64,000 bases of DNA, from assembly GCF_009914755.1 (NCBI RefSeq), contig NC_060936.1. One strand, written 5' to 3'. This DNA comes from the human T2T-CHM13v2.0 reference genome, Homo sapiens. This document shows, in pieces, positions 1-17,690 of this stretch (positions are counted from its first letter, which is position 1; the number at the start of each line of letters is the position of its first letter). A program made the position numbers and the translations under genes. The notes under the pieces are model-generated. The model did not search any database and was not told the DNA's origin. It was given only the letters and a program-made list of their open reading frames with translations.

Positions 1-199
1 TTTTGATAGGATAAAATTTAGTCTCTGGCAGGATCTCAGCCTGTCAGTTATTTCATCCTCTCTCCTCTTACTGTACTGTTAATGTGAAGTTCTCTCCCTG
101 AACTTATTTTCAATCTGCAATTGAGTTAGAATTTCCCACATCTTAAAAAATCATTCTTAAAATCTGTCACCCAATGCTGTAATACCTCAGCAATAACCC

Positions 200-1760
200 A
201 TTTTATCTTCAAAAAAAGAGAGAGAAAGAAAAAGAGAAAATGACTTAAATTGTTTATTTTATTATGTAACCATCAGTTCCTTTTCAAACCACTGCTGTCA
301 AAACTAAATATTTTCCTCCTTATTGATAAATTGTTAAATAATCATTTTAGTCTTCCTTTTGCTTAAACTCTCTGCAGTATTTGTTATTTGTTGTTTTTAA
401 AACTCACAGTCATTATCATTGACTTTTCTAATACTCTTGAATTTATTGTCCTTCCATTACTCTAATTTTCCATTACTCTTGAATTTATTGTCTCTTGATG
501 CCCTTGTTGTCTCTCTCCAAGACTCCTGCTTCTACCACTCTCTGCTATTCATCCCTGGTAGCTCCTTTTGGAATCTTTCATTCTTCTTGCTCCTCAGGTG
601 TTGATATTCCCTCAGATTATCTCCTTGACACTCTCTTCTGTTCATTCATGTTTTCATTTTACATTCCCTCCCTCAGTGATCTCACTCACTCTCATACATT
701 TTAGTTACTATCCATTTATTTGACTTAATGACTTAGGTACCTCATTTACTTTATTTATTTAATTACTATGCCAGTAATTCCCACATGTCTATGTAGCCCA
801 ACCCACATCCTGCATATACGGGTGTCTTTGGACAGCTCCAAATGCATGTCCCTCCTTCTGCAGACCCCTTAAACTCAAACTCAATTCATCATCTTTCCTG
901 TCCCTTCTATAGTTTCTGTCTCAGTTAACATCAGCACCATCTACATTACATCAAACAGAACCTAGTCAACCTACCACCGAAGTCCCTTTCCTTGTCTACT
1001 CACATGTAACCAATCACCGATTATCTAAACTCCATCACCTCGACATCTTTCATATCTGATTCTTTTTCCTCATTTTTACTATACTGCCTCAGTTCAGGTT
1101 CTTCTACCCTTGTACTGGACTAGTGGAAAAATTTGGTATCAGCACATGCAGTTTCATATACCTTCAACCTATCATTTCCATTGCAGCCAGGAAGGTCTTC
1201 CCAAAATGCAAAATTCTGTTTCTCCCTATCTAAATCCTGCATTGACTTCATTTTAACTATTGAATAGAATTAAAATAGATCAGCATGCCCTAAAATCCCT
1301 CCTTAACTTGCCAGACTTACCCCTTTGCTAAGTTTCCCTCCTCCAACTCTACACCTACGCCATACATATTGCTTATAGTTCTCTAAAAATACAAAGCTAC
1401 TGAAAACCTTCATGACTTTCCCTTCATATGTCTCTCTGTCTATAGTGTCCCCAGCCTCTCAAACACCCTCACTCCCGATTCCTTATTATGTGGAAGATGT
1501 TAAAATTAACTCAACTCCACAGTTGCTCCTTCTGTTAAGCCTTTCCTGAACTCCTCTACTTAATTAGGTAAAAATTAAGCCGAAAGCTTGGTTAAGCTCT
1601 CGGCTGTACTGTACATGCTTCTGCCATAACACCTTATTATACTTACTCCTTAGTTGAGAATTGTATTAGACTTTCAATTTCCTTATGAACAGGGACCATA
1701 TCACATTGGACATTATATCCTCAGTACTAGGATAACATGACCCCAAACATAAGTTTGTGA
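200..1760 (+). mobile_element. Degraded L2-like LINE remnants in CLEC1A intron 1
   Basis: Pyrimidine-rich L2-type phrases (e.g. aaactcaaactcaattcatcatctttcc); highly diverged. Confidence 0.45.
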
Positions 1761-3478
1761 AAAATGTATGAGGTTGTTGTTTTTCATTTTCACTATCTTA
1801 ATTGTTTGGCATTTTTACTATCTTAATTGTTTGGCATTTTTAAACACAAACATAGTTGTTACGTCAATTGTTATTGACAAAAGTCTAGAAATTAAATGAA
1901 TGTGTGTGTGATTTATTTTTATTAATTCTAAAAAATAAAAGTTGCCAGCTCTTAATGGTATCACATCATTATGTTGAATCTGAATCCTCCACATTGCCGA
2001 AAATTTCTGAGTGATTTCTGCTGTTATTTTTATCAGCGAAGGTATATCAGATATGTTTATCTAAGAAATAATTATACTTCTATGATGGTATTCCCCTAAA
2101 TGTTTGTATTACCATAAAAAGATGAAAACAAGATCTCATATATGTTGCCTAAGATAACTATTTCCAGATGATTTCTTCCAAGACAATTCTTTGTAATCTC
2201 CACTTCTACTGTTTCAATATCCATTTCTTACAAAGAAGCTCCCAGATGTTGCAGCTAGTGTTTTATCTTGCTCCACCTCCCTCTCCACCCTTCAACCTCA
2301 GCAGAACTTATTTGTACATGCTGTTCTTAATTATGCTGATCTCTAGTCCTTGACAGAGTTCCTGGCTCCAGTCAAAGGTGGAAAATGAAGTTATATACAA
2401 GCTACTCAAAACCACAGCCGTAAAAATGGACTCTTCATAAGTTTTTTTGGAGGAAAACGCTTTGTATCCTATTACACATATCCTGTGGCTACAGAAGCTG
2501 ACATCCCTACTTTTGTCACTTAGCTTCATTTCAAAGAGGTTGGAAATCCCCAATGTCCCTTAACAGCTTAGTTAAAAAAAAAAAAAAAAAAAGCCATATT
2601 AGTAGGTTTCAGGTGGAGGGTCATTTAATAAATAGAAATAAATAGAAATAAATAGAAAGTGAATGGAGGGTTTAGTAGGAGAAAGGAAGGAAAACTAAAA
2701 GTTATTTGATAAAGAAATAAGGAACAGGATAGTTTTTTTTTTAAAGGTATATCCAGATTTACAAAGGTGAAGAAAACAATGATATAATCAGAAGGGAAAG
2801 GACATATTAAAACACAGGCACTGAATGAATGTTAAAATGTGGGATTCCTTTCAACATTCCATTTCTTAAGAACCTAAAGTGTTCCTTTCAGCAATTTTGT
2901 GTCAGTCTATATCAGATCAGACAGACATTCAAATATTTTACATAATTTATCATTCTCAGTACTCACAACCACCTTGTAAAGGAAGTTTTATTACTTCTAT
3001 TTAATATTAATTCAAGTTAATATGAATTAATATACTTAAAGTATTTAAAACACTGCCAGCACATAATGAGCCCTTTATACATGTTTGTGGCCATTAATAT
3101 TTTATAAATAAAGAATATGATGCTACCAGGATACTTAAACAACTCATCCAAAGTTACACAGAAGGAAAGTGGCATACCTGGTTTAGGACCTAGAACCTAG
3201 TCCTGTGTATATTACCATGTGAGTCCTTTACACTAGAACTGAAGTCATATTTTAGCTTTAGATTGGCTGAGTGGCCCAGGAAATAAAATCCTTCTCTAAG
3301 TGTGGGAATTATGGAACTGAATATAACTGAAAAAAAAAATCACTACTATGTCACAGGGTGAGTAATTGGAAATAAAATTATAAGATGCAAGCTAAATATC
3401 TCCATTTCTAGGAGGGATAGATCATCTCACACATTTCACAAGGACTGTGGTCTATTCGGACTCCAGGAGACAGGGTAC

Positions 3479-3593
3479 CTGTGCGCCGGGGCTCTGGATG
3501 CCGAGTTGTGGCAGAGGCTTGAGAATGCAGGCTCATGGTGGTGTCCCCATCATCATCCAGCATGTCCCTCGTGCTGCTGTACTTGGCCTGCAT
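3479..3593 (-). CDS. CLEC1A: CLEC1A (MelLec) coding exon 1, cytoplasmic tail; gene continues leftward beyond the window
   Basis: Translates MQAKYSSTRDMLDDDGDTTMSLHSQASATTRHPEPRRT, the recognised CLEC1A N-terminus; 115-nt phase-1 exon ending ACAG|GTACCC (GT at 3478-3477). Confidence 0.95.
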
Positions 3594-3900
3594 CTGGATT
3601 CCTACAGCGGTGAGAGTGAAATGTGGTCGGATTGCCCTGGGCCGCCGGGCTACTGTGAGCTAGTTCAGGAAGCAAGGCACTAAAAGGCATTCCTAATGTT
3701 CTTTCCCAGCGAGGGGCAGGGGAAGTCTCTGACTGCAATTCCTGACTGGACAGGCCCAGCCCCTCTCCTGTGAGCTTGTACTCTGAATGCCAAATCAGTC
3801 AGGCTGAGGGGAAATAGCATGTGTTTTCTGTTTAGGCAGTCTCTGTCTAAACAGTTGTCAAAAAGTTGGCCTTTCTCAGGTCTTTTTTGTTTACCTGTTT
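3594..3900 (-). promoter_or_regulatory. CLEC1A: CLEC1A 5' UTR / proximal promoter
   Basis: Non-repetitive, moderately GC-rich sequence directly upstream of the ATG, with ETS-type GGAAG cores near 3668 and 3721; TSS not determinable from sequence. Confidence 0.55.
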
Positions 3901-4361
3901 GCATTTCTCATGTAACTTCACTGTAAAGAAGGCAAGAACTTACAATAGCACGGTGTAGCACTGTGGTTCCTTCAGAGTCTGCAGAATAATAATAACTTGG
4001 AAGGACACACATTCCTGTTTCTTACCCATCCTTTAGGGAGTCACTTAGTTTAACCTCTCTGTGCCTTTGTGAAAAGAGAAGAGATTATAGGACCTAGCCC
4101 CTTCCTTTCTCCAAGAACAGAGTAGTGGTCTTTCTTATAGTATCTGAACTTGATTCAACATTTTATAGCACATTTGGTACATTATGATCACGAGGAATTA
4201 TACAATTTACTGGAAGTAAAAACTTTTAAAACTATTACTAACCACCATGTGGTTTGGGGAAGCCAGTTCATTTGTGCCTGAATCTCCTAAACTGAGAAGA
4301 AAATGTTTTAGGTAATGTGAAAAAATTCTTCCTGAATCAGTACATTAGAATTATATTCCCA

Positions 4362-4717
4362 TCTTAGTCTGTTTGTGCTGACCTACAACAGGATACCTGA
4401 GACCAGATAAATTATAAGCAATAGAAATGTATTTCTCAGCATTCCAGAAGGTGGGAAATCTAAGATCAAGGCACTGGCAGGTTTGGATGTCAGGTGAGAG
4501 CTGCACTCTCTGTAGAGGAGGAAGGGTATTCTCACGTGGCAGAAAGCAGAAGGTCAAGCCAGCCAAATGCTACATGTAGCCTCTTTTATAAAGGCCTTAA
4601 TACCATCCTCAAGAGAGAAGACTTCAAGGACTAATCATCTCTTAAAGGCCCCACCTCTCTCAATACTACCACACTGGCAACACCTGAATTCTGCAGGAAA
4701 CACATTCAAACCATAAC
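4362..4717 (+). mobile_element. MaLR solo LTR (MST/MLT1A-like)
   Basis: Begins tcttagtctgtttgtgctg, contains aagatcaaggcactggcag, ends acattcaaaccataaca. Confidence 0.75.
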
Positions 4718-5144
4718 AAGACAGGTATCAGTAACAACCTTGTGCCTTTGGGAGGACAATTAACAATTTGCATCTACATTTCCTAAACTGAAAGACAAGA
4801 AGATTGTTTTAGATAATGTCTAAAAGTTCTTCCTGAATCTGTACAATAGACTTATATTACTCTACCAAAACTTTTCCAGATGTTAGGTGATAGGTGGGCA
4901 AAATCAAGCATGCTAAATATAAAGGAGTGTCAGAATGCTCCAGTTGGGGTAGCCAGACCATATAAAAGATCTATGAGGAAGTGCACATTGTGGATTCACA
5001 TGTGTTTCAAGCTGTTTGTTGTTCATCAAATTATTCTAAATTTTTTAAAAATTGGAATTTTTTTTTTTTTAGATGGCAGATTGGAGGCAGTGTTAGCATG
5101 ACTCTACCACTTGGAAGGACAAAATAGTGAGTAAAAAATTCTCA

Positions 5145-5459
<315 letters not shown>

Positions 5460-8400
5460 TCACTGTGAACTCTTTTCCCAAGAAGCAACACAGGAACTGA
5501 ACAGGAAAACTGAAAGAATCCACAGACTCTTTGAAAGAAGCAGCAGGTTATACCTACACCATGAGCTAGGTGAAAAACTGTAAGCTCCCAGGGTGTGTGA
5601 GGTGAAGAGACTGGCTCCAGGATACATACCCCCACAGGGGAACCTGAAAGTCCATGCCATGGGGGAAGGCCTTAACCCGTCCCAGCACTGGAACCAATTA
5701 AAAGAGCAGTGATGAATATAAAAGTAAGAGCAGCAGCAGGAAGAGGCTTGTGTGCATTCCCAGTCTCCAGCATGAGCCAAGGGAAACTATTCCTTATGCC
5801 TCACAGACAACCTCACGGAACTCAGCCAACTAGCTCAGCCAGGGGTTGCACATTGTAAAAACTCCCAACTGAAATTCACAATATAACCTCAAGTGAAATG
5901 AACTCCCTTGGCCAGAACCAGAAAGGTGAGTGGGAAATGTGTTGCAGCCGTGAGTGCAGGATCTGGGTGCCAGCTGTGTGGGTGGACAGAGAGGGGCATG
6001 GCCTGAACGCCAGCAGTTGCTATCACCACGGGAAAAGTTTATGGCCTCAGGCAGTTGTGAGCTCTGAGTGCAGACTGCCTGGAACTTAGCTCACTGCTGC
6101 TAGCAGAGTACTGCAGGAGCCAGATCTGCCTTGCCAACTGTGTGACATCTGGGTTAGGCTTACTGCTGCCTACTACTCCCCACTCCCTGTGCAACCACAT
6201 CTCCAAAAGGGGCCGCTGCTTGCCATGCACATGGTGACTCAGAGTGCAGACCCACCTAACACAGCCCTCATCTGGCTTTGCCCCTCCACCCACCGTGGTA
6301 GCTTAATACAAAGGACAGAAACCCTGGGGAGATTTATAGCCCCATCCATCACCTGAGAAGCCAGACTACCTACCCTGGGCAACATAAGGCAAGCACAAAT
6401 CCCACTGCTACTACCACACCTGATACTCTTTTGCAAATGCCACCCAGTAGCTGGAAGCCTACCAACACAGTCCATTGCAGCATCTGTAGGTGGAATAACA
6501 CTGCACTCAAGAAGGACAAAACTACTGTGTGACCTCAGCTATTACCACTTCCTGCACTACCCTGTCTAACCAGGAGGTCCTGAGTCTATCCACATGACCA
6601 GTTTATTACTACCTGAACTAGCATTCAAGAAAGACAACACACTAAAGTTATCTATAATCAAGGAATCTCACAGGTCTATGTCACGCCTCTGGCACCCCCA
6701 TCAGACCTGGTGCTGATAACAGCTGCTGGAAAACTGGAGGACAGGTCATATCACTGGATCCTTAGCAGACATCCCCCAGCACTAGTCTGGAGCCACTGAG
6801 TGGCTAGACCCTGAGGAGCAGCAGCACTCATAGTAGTCTGTCTCTCAGGAACTTCTACTCCTAAGGAAAGGGAGAGTGTGCCACATCAAGGGAACACCCT
6901 GTGTGAATAAAGAATCCAGATGGCAGGTCTTAAGGATTAGATTGTTCCACTGGTGGGAAGTTTCTTTCAATAGAGGCAGAATTGAAGTGCTGGGCTCAGC
7001 AGGGAATGTCTACAGCTGTCCCAACAGTCAGACAGCCCTGGTGCTTATCAAGGATCTTGGAGAAGGGGACTTCTTACCAACCTCATCCACCACTGCAGAC
7101 ACAGCTGGGTCTTCTCCCACAAGAGCTCAGCATGGGTGCACCCATAGACAGACTTTGTAGAACACTTCAGGGTGACCGCAACCCCACAGGGGAAGCAACC
7201 CTCCAGTTTCAGGCTTACATAAGAGGCAGAGTCACAGTTCTCTACTTGGAGCACTAACATTCCAGCAGATGAAAAGAGAGGCCTGTCTGATCTGAATAGC
7301 CAGAATATTGGGACAGATGTGAGTCTGGGAGATGGATAGCTTCCCAGCTGACCTGACAGGGGAGCTAAGGTGGCTACCACCCTTCCCCTGATAAGACTTC
7401 AGTGTGTCTCCCTGACAGCTCCCCCAGCCCCTTTTGTCAAGGCTGAGACCTCTGCCCACCATTGGGTATTGCATTTACCCACCTTCTTTAGCCACAACTG
7501 GTTCCTACCTAGGAACACCTCCACTACTGGCCTGAAGCCTGAACCATCAACCCAGTGAATAAAATACTGGAGAAAAGTAAATAAATTTAAAAGTGCATAC
7601 CACATTGGAATGAGATAAGCTTCCAGAGACAGTAAGTTTGCTCACACATTCAGCACATTACTACTATGTCTAGCATCTGAGAAAGCCATCATACAAAGTT
7701 TCTCTATAACCAAGGAAATCATACAGAATTTTCACCCCTAAAAGCACCAAGAACCAAATTAGGCTATAACAAACTATAAACATTAAAGTCAAATTCTTAA
7801 GAAGGAAAATAAGAAATAAAATCACACAGTCAAATCAAAAATAAATTTAAGAATAATTAGAAGAAATAGTCTACCCAGATGAGGAAGAACCGGAAAAGTA
7901 ATTCTGTTAATATGATAAAATGGGGTTCTATAACACCTCCCAAAAGATCACATTAGCTCTCAAGCAATGAAGCCAAACTAAGATAAAATCTTAGAAATAC
8001 CAAATGAAAAATTCAGAATGTTGTATAAGAGCTACTCAAGGAGATACCAGAGAAAGGTGAAAACCAACATAAAGAATTTTTTTAAAAAATTCAGATTATA
8101 AATGAAAAATTTTCTAGAGAGCTAAATATCATAAAAAAGGAACGTCTGGAAATGAAAGGCACATTTAGGGAATTACAAAATGCAGTGGAAAGTATTAACG
8201 ATAGACTAGAACAAGTAGAAGAAAGAATTTCAGAATTCAAAGACGAGGCTTTCAAATTAAGCCAATCAGACAAAAATGAAGAAAAAAGAATCAAGTAAAT
8301 GAAGTCTCCAAGAAATATGATAGTATGTAAAACAGCCAAACCTAAGAATAATTGGTGTTCCTGAGGGAAGAAGAGAAAACAAAAAGTTTGGAAAACTTAT

Positions 8401-8837
8401 TTGAAGGAATAATTGAGGAAAACTTCCCTGGCCTTGCTGGAGATTTAGATACCCAAATCTGGGAAGCTCAAAGAACTCCTGAGAAACTCATTGCAAAAAG
8501 ATCACCACGAAGGCATAGTCGTCAGGCCATCTAAAGTCAACATGTAGAAAAGAAATCTAAGAGCAGTCAGACAAAAAGCATCAGGTCACCTATAAAGGAA
8601 AACCTATCAGACTAACAGCAGACTTCTCAACAGAAACCTTATAAGCCCAAAGGAATTGGGACTCTATCTTTAGCTGCCTTAAACAGAGTAACTGTCAGTC
8701 AAGAATGTTGTATCCAGCAAAACTAAATGAAAGAGAGATAAAATGAAATGAAAGAGAGATAAAGTCATTTTCAGACAAACAAATGCTGAGAGAATTTGTA
8801 GTGCTACCAAACCAGCATTACAAGAAATGTGAAAAGG

Positions 8838-9532
<695 letters not shown>

Positions 9533-9809
9533 CTATCAAACAACAACACAATGAAAAACACAAAGTATCTAGGTAACAATTAATATGAGTACAACAGTAC
9601 CTCACATCTCAATATTAACATTGAACATAAATGGCCTAAATGCTCCACTTAAAAGAAACTGATTGGCAGAATCAGTTTTAAAAATTACAAACCAAATATC
9701 TGCCATCTTCAAGAGACTCATCTAACATGTAAGGACTCATATAAATTCAAGGTAAAGGGGTAGAAAACAATATTTCATGCAAATGAAAACCAAGTGTGAG
9801 CAGGAGTAG

Positions 9810-13685
<3,876 letters not shown>

Positions 13686-14351
13686 AGAATAATACAATCT
13701 ACGGAAACAGTGTTAACTGTTTTTTCTAGTTTTGTGTCTTTTGCAAACTTGACATTGTTGATATAGAAATATAGCTTCCCAAGCTGACTGTTACAAGGCA
13801 ACCATCACACATTTGTATCTGTCAAATTCTGGATTTCTAGGTTTTTGTTTGGTTTTGGTTTGATTGCTTTTTGAAGCAGTCAATATGTTATATAGTAACA
13901 AACAAAATATAAATAGTTTATCCTCCAGGGAAAAAAAGAAATGAGACTGGAAACATTACAATAGATACCACAGAAATACATAAAATCATTTGAGACTACT
14001 ATGAACACTTTTAAGTACACAAACTAGAAAACCTAGAGGAAATGGATAAATTCCTAGAAAATACAACCCTCCTAGATTAAATCAAGAAGAAATAGAAACC
14101 CTAAACAGACCAATAACAAGCAGCAAAACTGAATCTGTAATTTAAAAAAAAAAAAAAGCCAACAAAATAAAGCCTAGGACCTGATGAATTTACAGCTGAA
14201 TTCTATCATTAATTCAAAGAATTGATGCTAATCCTACTGAAACTATTCAGAAACTGAAAAACAGGGAATCCTCCCTAAATGATTCTATGAAGCCAATATC
14301 ACCCTGATACCCAAACCAGGAAAGAATATAATTTTAAAAAGACCAGTACTA

Positions 14352-14768
<417 letters not shown>

Positions 14769-15805
14769 TCAAGTGTGTTTCATCCCAGGGATGCAGGGAT
14801 GGTTTAACATAAGCAAGCCAGTAAATGTGATACATCACATAATTAGAATTAAAAACAAAAACCATACAATCATCTCAATAGATGCAGAAAAAGCATTGAA
14901 TAAAATCCTGCATTCCTTTATGATAAAAACCCTCAACAAACTAAGCATAGAAAAGACTTACCTCAAAATAATAAAAGCCACATAGGACAAAGCCACAGCC
15001 ATCATCATACGGAAGGGGAAAAGTTGAAAGCATTCCTCCTGAGAACTATAACAAGACAAGGATACCCACTTTCATTATTTCTATTCAGCATGGTACTAGA
15101 AGTCCTAGCCAGAGCAATCAGGCTTGAGAAAGAAATAAAAGGCCTTCAAATTGGTAAAGAGGACGTCAAACTGTCAGTCTTTGCCAACAATATGACTGTA
15201 TACTTAGAAAACTCTGACGACCCCTCTGAAAGACTCCTAGACCTGATAAACAAATTCAGTAAACTCTTAGGTTACAAAATCAAGGTACACAATTCAGTAG
15301 CACTGCTATACACCAATAACAACCAAGCTGAGAGTCAAATCAATAACTCAACTCTTTCACAACAGCTGCAAAAATAAATACCTAGGAATATACTTAACCA
15401 AGGAGGTGAAAGAGCTCCACAAGGAGAACTACAAAACACTGCTGAAAGAAATCATAGATGACACAAATTGAAACACATCCAATGCTCATGGATTGGAATA
15501 AACAATATTGTGAAAATGACCATACTGCCCAAAGTGATCTGCAGCTTCATTGCAATTTCCATCAAAATACCATCATCATTTTTTCACAGAACTAGAAAAA
15601 ACAATCCTAAAATTCATATGGAACCAAAAAAGAGCTTGGATAGCCAACGCAATCCTAAGCACAAAGCACAAATCTGGAGGCATCACATAATTAGACTTCA
15701 AATTTTACTATAAGTCTATAGTTACCAAAACAGCATGGTACTGCTATAAAAGTAGACACATGAACCAATGGAATAGGAAAAGAGAACTCAGAAATGAAGC
15801 CGAAT

Positions 15806-16145
15806 GTCCAGGCAAGGTGGCTCACACTTGTAATCCCAACACTTTGGGAGGCCGAAGCAGGCAGATCGCTTGAAACCAGGAGTTCGAGACCAGCAGGGCC
15901 AAGATGGCAAAACCCCTTCTCTACTAAAAATACAAAAATTAGCTGGATGTGGTGGTGCACACCTGTAATCCCAGCTACTCAGGAGGCTGAGGCAGGAGAA
16001 TCGCTTGAACCTGGGAGGCAGAGGCAGCAGTGAGCTGAGATTGTGTCACTGCACTCCAGCCTGGACAACAGAGCGAGATCCCATCTCCAAAAACAAAACA
16101 AAACAAAAACAAAAAACACAACAAAAACAAAAACAGAAAACGAAA
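15806..16145 (+). mobile_element. AluS with (CAAAA)n tail abutting the HNRNPAB retrocopy
   Basis: Full dimer; tail runs directly into the pseudogene 5' end. Confidence 0.9.
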
Positions 16146-17690
16146 AGGAGGCAGCGGCACCGCCCCTGCGGGAGCTGGTTTGTGGGTCGGTGGGTTCCCT
16201 GAGGCGGCGGCTGAGGAGGAGGAGTTGCAGTTGCAGTTGAAGTCAGCTGGCGGAGGCCAGACCTCAGCAGCGCGAGCTGGAGCACAGCCGAGCCCAAGGC
16301 GCTTTCCCCGGTGGGTGGGGACAAGTGGGCGAGTAGCCGCCGCGACTCCGCCTATCATGTCCTTGCAGACGCCTGGCGCCAACGAGAACCCAGGCCGCCC
16401 CGAGGGCGAGTCGTCGGAGCGACCGCAGCGCCCTCGAGCGGGAATCAAAATCAAAAATCGCCGAGGACGAACAGATCAACGCCAGCAAGAACGAGGAGGA
16501 CGCAGCAAAAATGCTCGTTGGTGGCCTGAGCTGGGATACCAGCAAAAAAGATTTAAAAGACTATTTCCCTAAATTTGGAGAGGTCATTGACTGTACAATA
16601 AAAATGGATCCCAACATTGGACGGGCAAGAGGGTTTGGGTTTATCCTGTTCAAAGATGCAACCAATGTGGAGAAGGTCCTAGACCAGAAGGAGTACAGGC
16701 TGGATGTCCGTGTCATTGACCCTAAAAAGGCCATGGCTATGAAGAAGGACCCGGTGAAGAAAATCTTCGCCGAGGGTCTGAATCCTGAAGCCACTGAGGA
16801 AAAGATCAGGGAGTACTTTGGCGAGTTTGGGGAGATCGAGGCCATTGAAATTCCAGTGGATCCAAAGTTGAACAAAAGACAAGGTTTTGTGTTTATCACC
16901 TTTAAAAAAGAACCTGTGAAGAAAGTTCTGGAGAAAAAGTTCCATACTATCAGTGGAAGTAAGCGTGAGATCACGGTGGCCTAGCCCAAAGAAGTTTATT
17001 GGCAGCAGCGGTATGGTTCTGGGGACCGTGGAAACCACAACCGAGGGAACCGAGGCAGCGGAGGTGGTGGTGGAGGTGGAGGTCAGGGCAGTACAAACTA
17101 CAGCAAGAGCCAGTGACATGGTGGCCATCAGAATACCTACAAGCCATACTGAAGCAGCAGCAGGAGAGACCAACCGACCGCACACATGTTGTGTTTGGAT
17201 ATGGAGTGAACACAATTATGTACCAAATTTAACCTGACAAACTTTCTATGGCTTGCCCCATGTGCATCTTACTTAAAATTTCCCCCATGGAAATCACTCT
17301 CTTGTTTACTATTTCCAGAACTCTAGTTATTTAGGCAGCGTGTGGTGTCTGAGAGGCCAGAGGGGCATTATGGGCTGACTTTTAGTACCAGGTCCCCCAG
17401 AACAAAATGGCAGTCTCTGCTTCCTGCTGCCGCACTCTGCAGCCTGGTCCTGTGGACCCTGGTTGTAAAGAGTAAATTGTATCTCAGGAAACCAGTGTCA
17501 GCTTTTCATTTTATATTATTTATGTCATACATTTCCTGTAATGGAAGTGTTAATTTTACTGTACTTTTTGGTACCTTTGGGGAATCTAATGTAAGGTATT
17601 TTACATGTGTCCTGATTTTGCCACAACCTGGATATTGAAGCTATCCAAGCATTTAAAATAAAAATTTAACCCCCCCCCCGCCACAAAAAA
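16146..17690 (+). pseudogene. HNRNPABP1: Processed pseudogene of HNRNPAB (short isoform lacking the alternative C-terminal exon)
   Basis: Intronless; ORF 16511-16984 is RRM1+RRM2 ([44 protein letters not shown]); frameshifted N-terminus; premature TAG 16982-16984; tail GGGGQ-GSTNY..NTYKPY*; 3' UTR with AATAAA ~17657 and short A tail. Confidence 0.92.

Noticed and set aside
433-492. Short direct repeat TACTCTTGAATTTATTGTC x2
   Set aside because: Small local duplication in degraded repeat sequence with no functional cue
15975-17215. Antisense and shifted-frame ORFs over the HNRNPAB copy
   Set aside because: Shadow frames of the pseudogene and adjacent Alu
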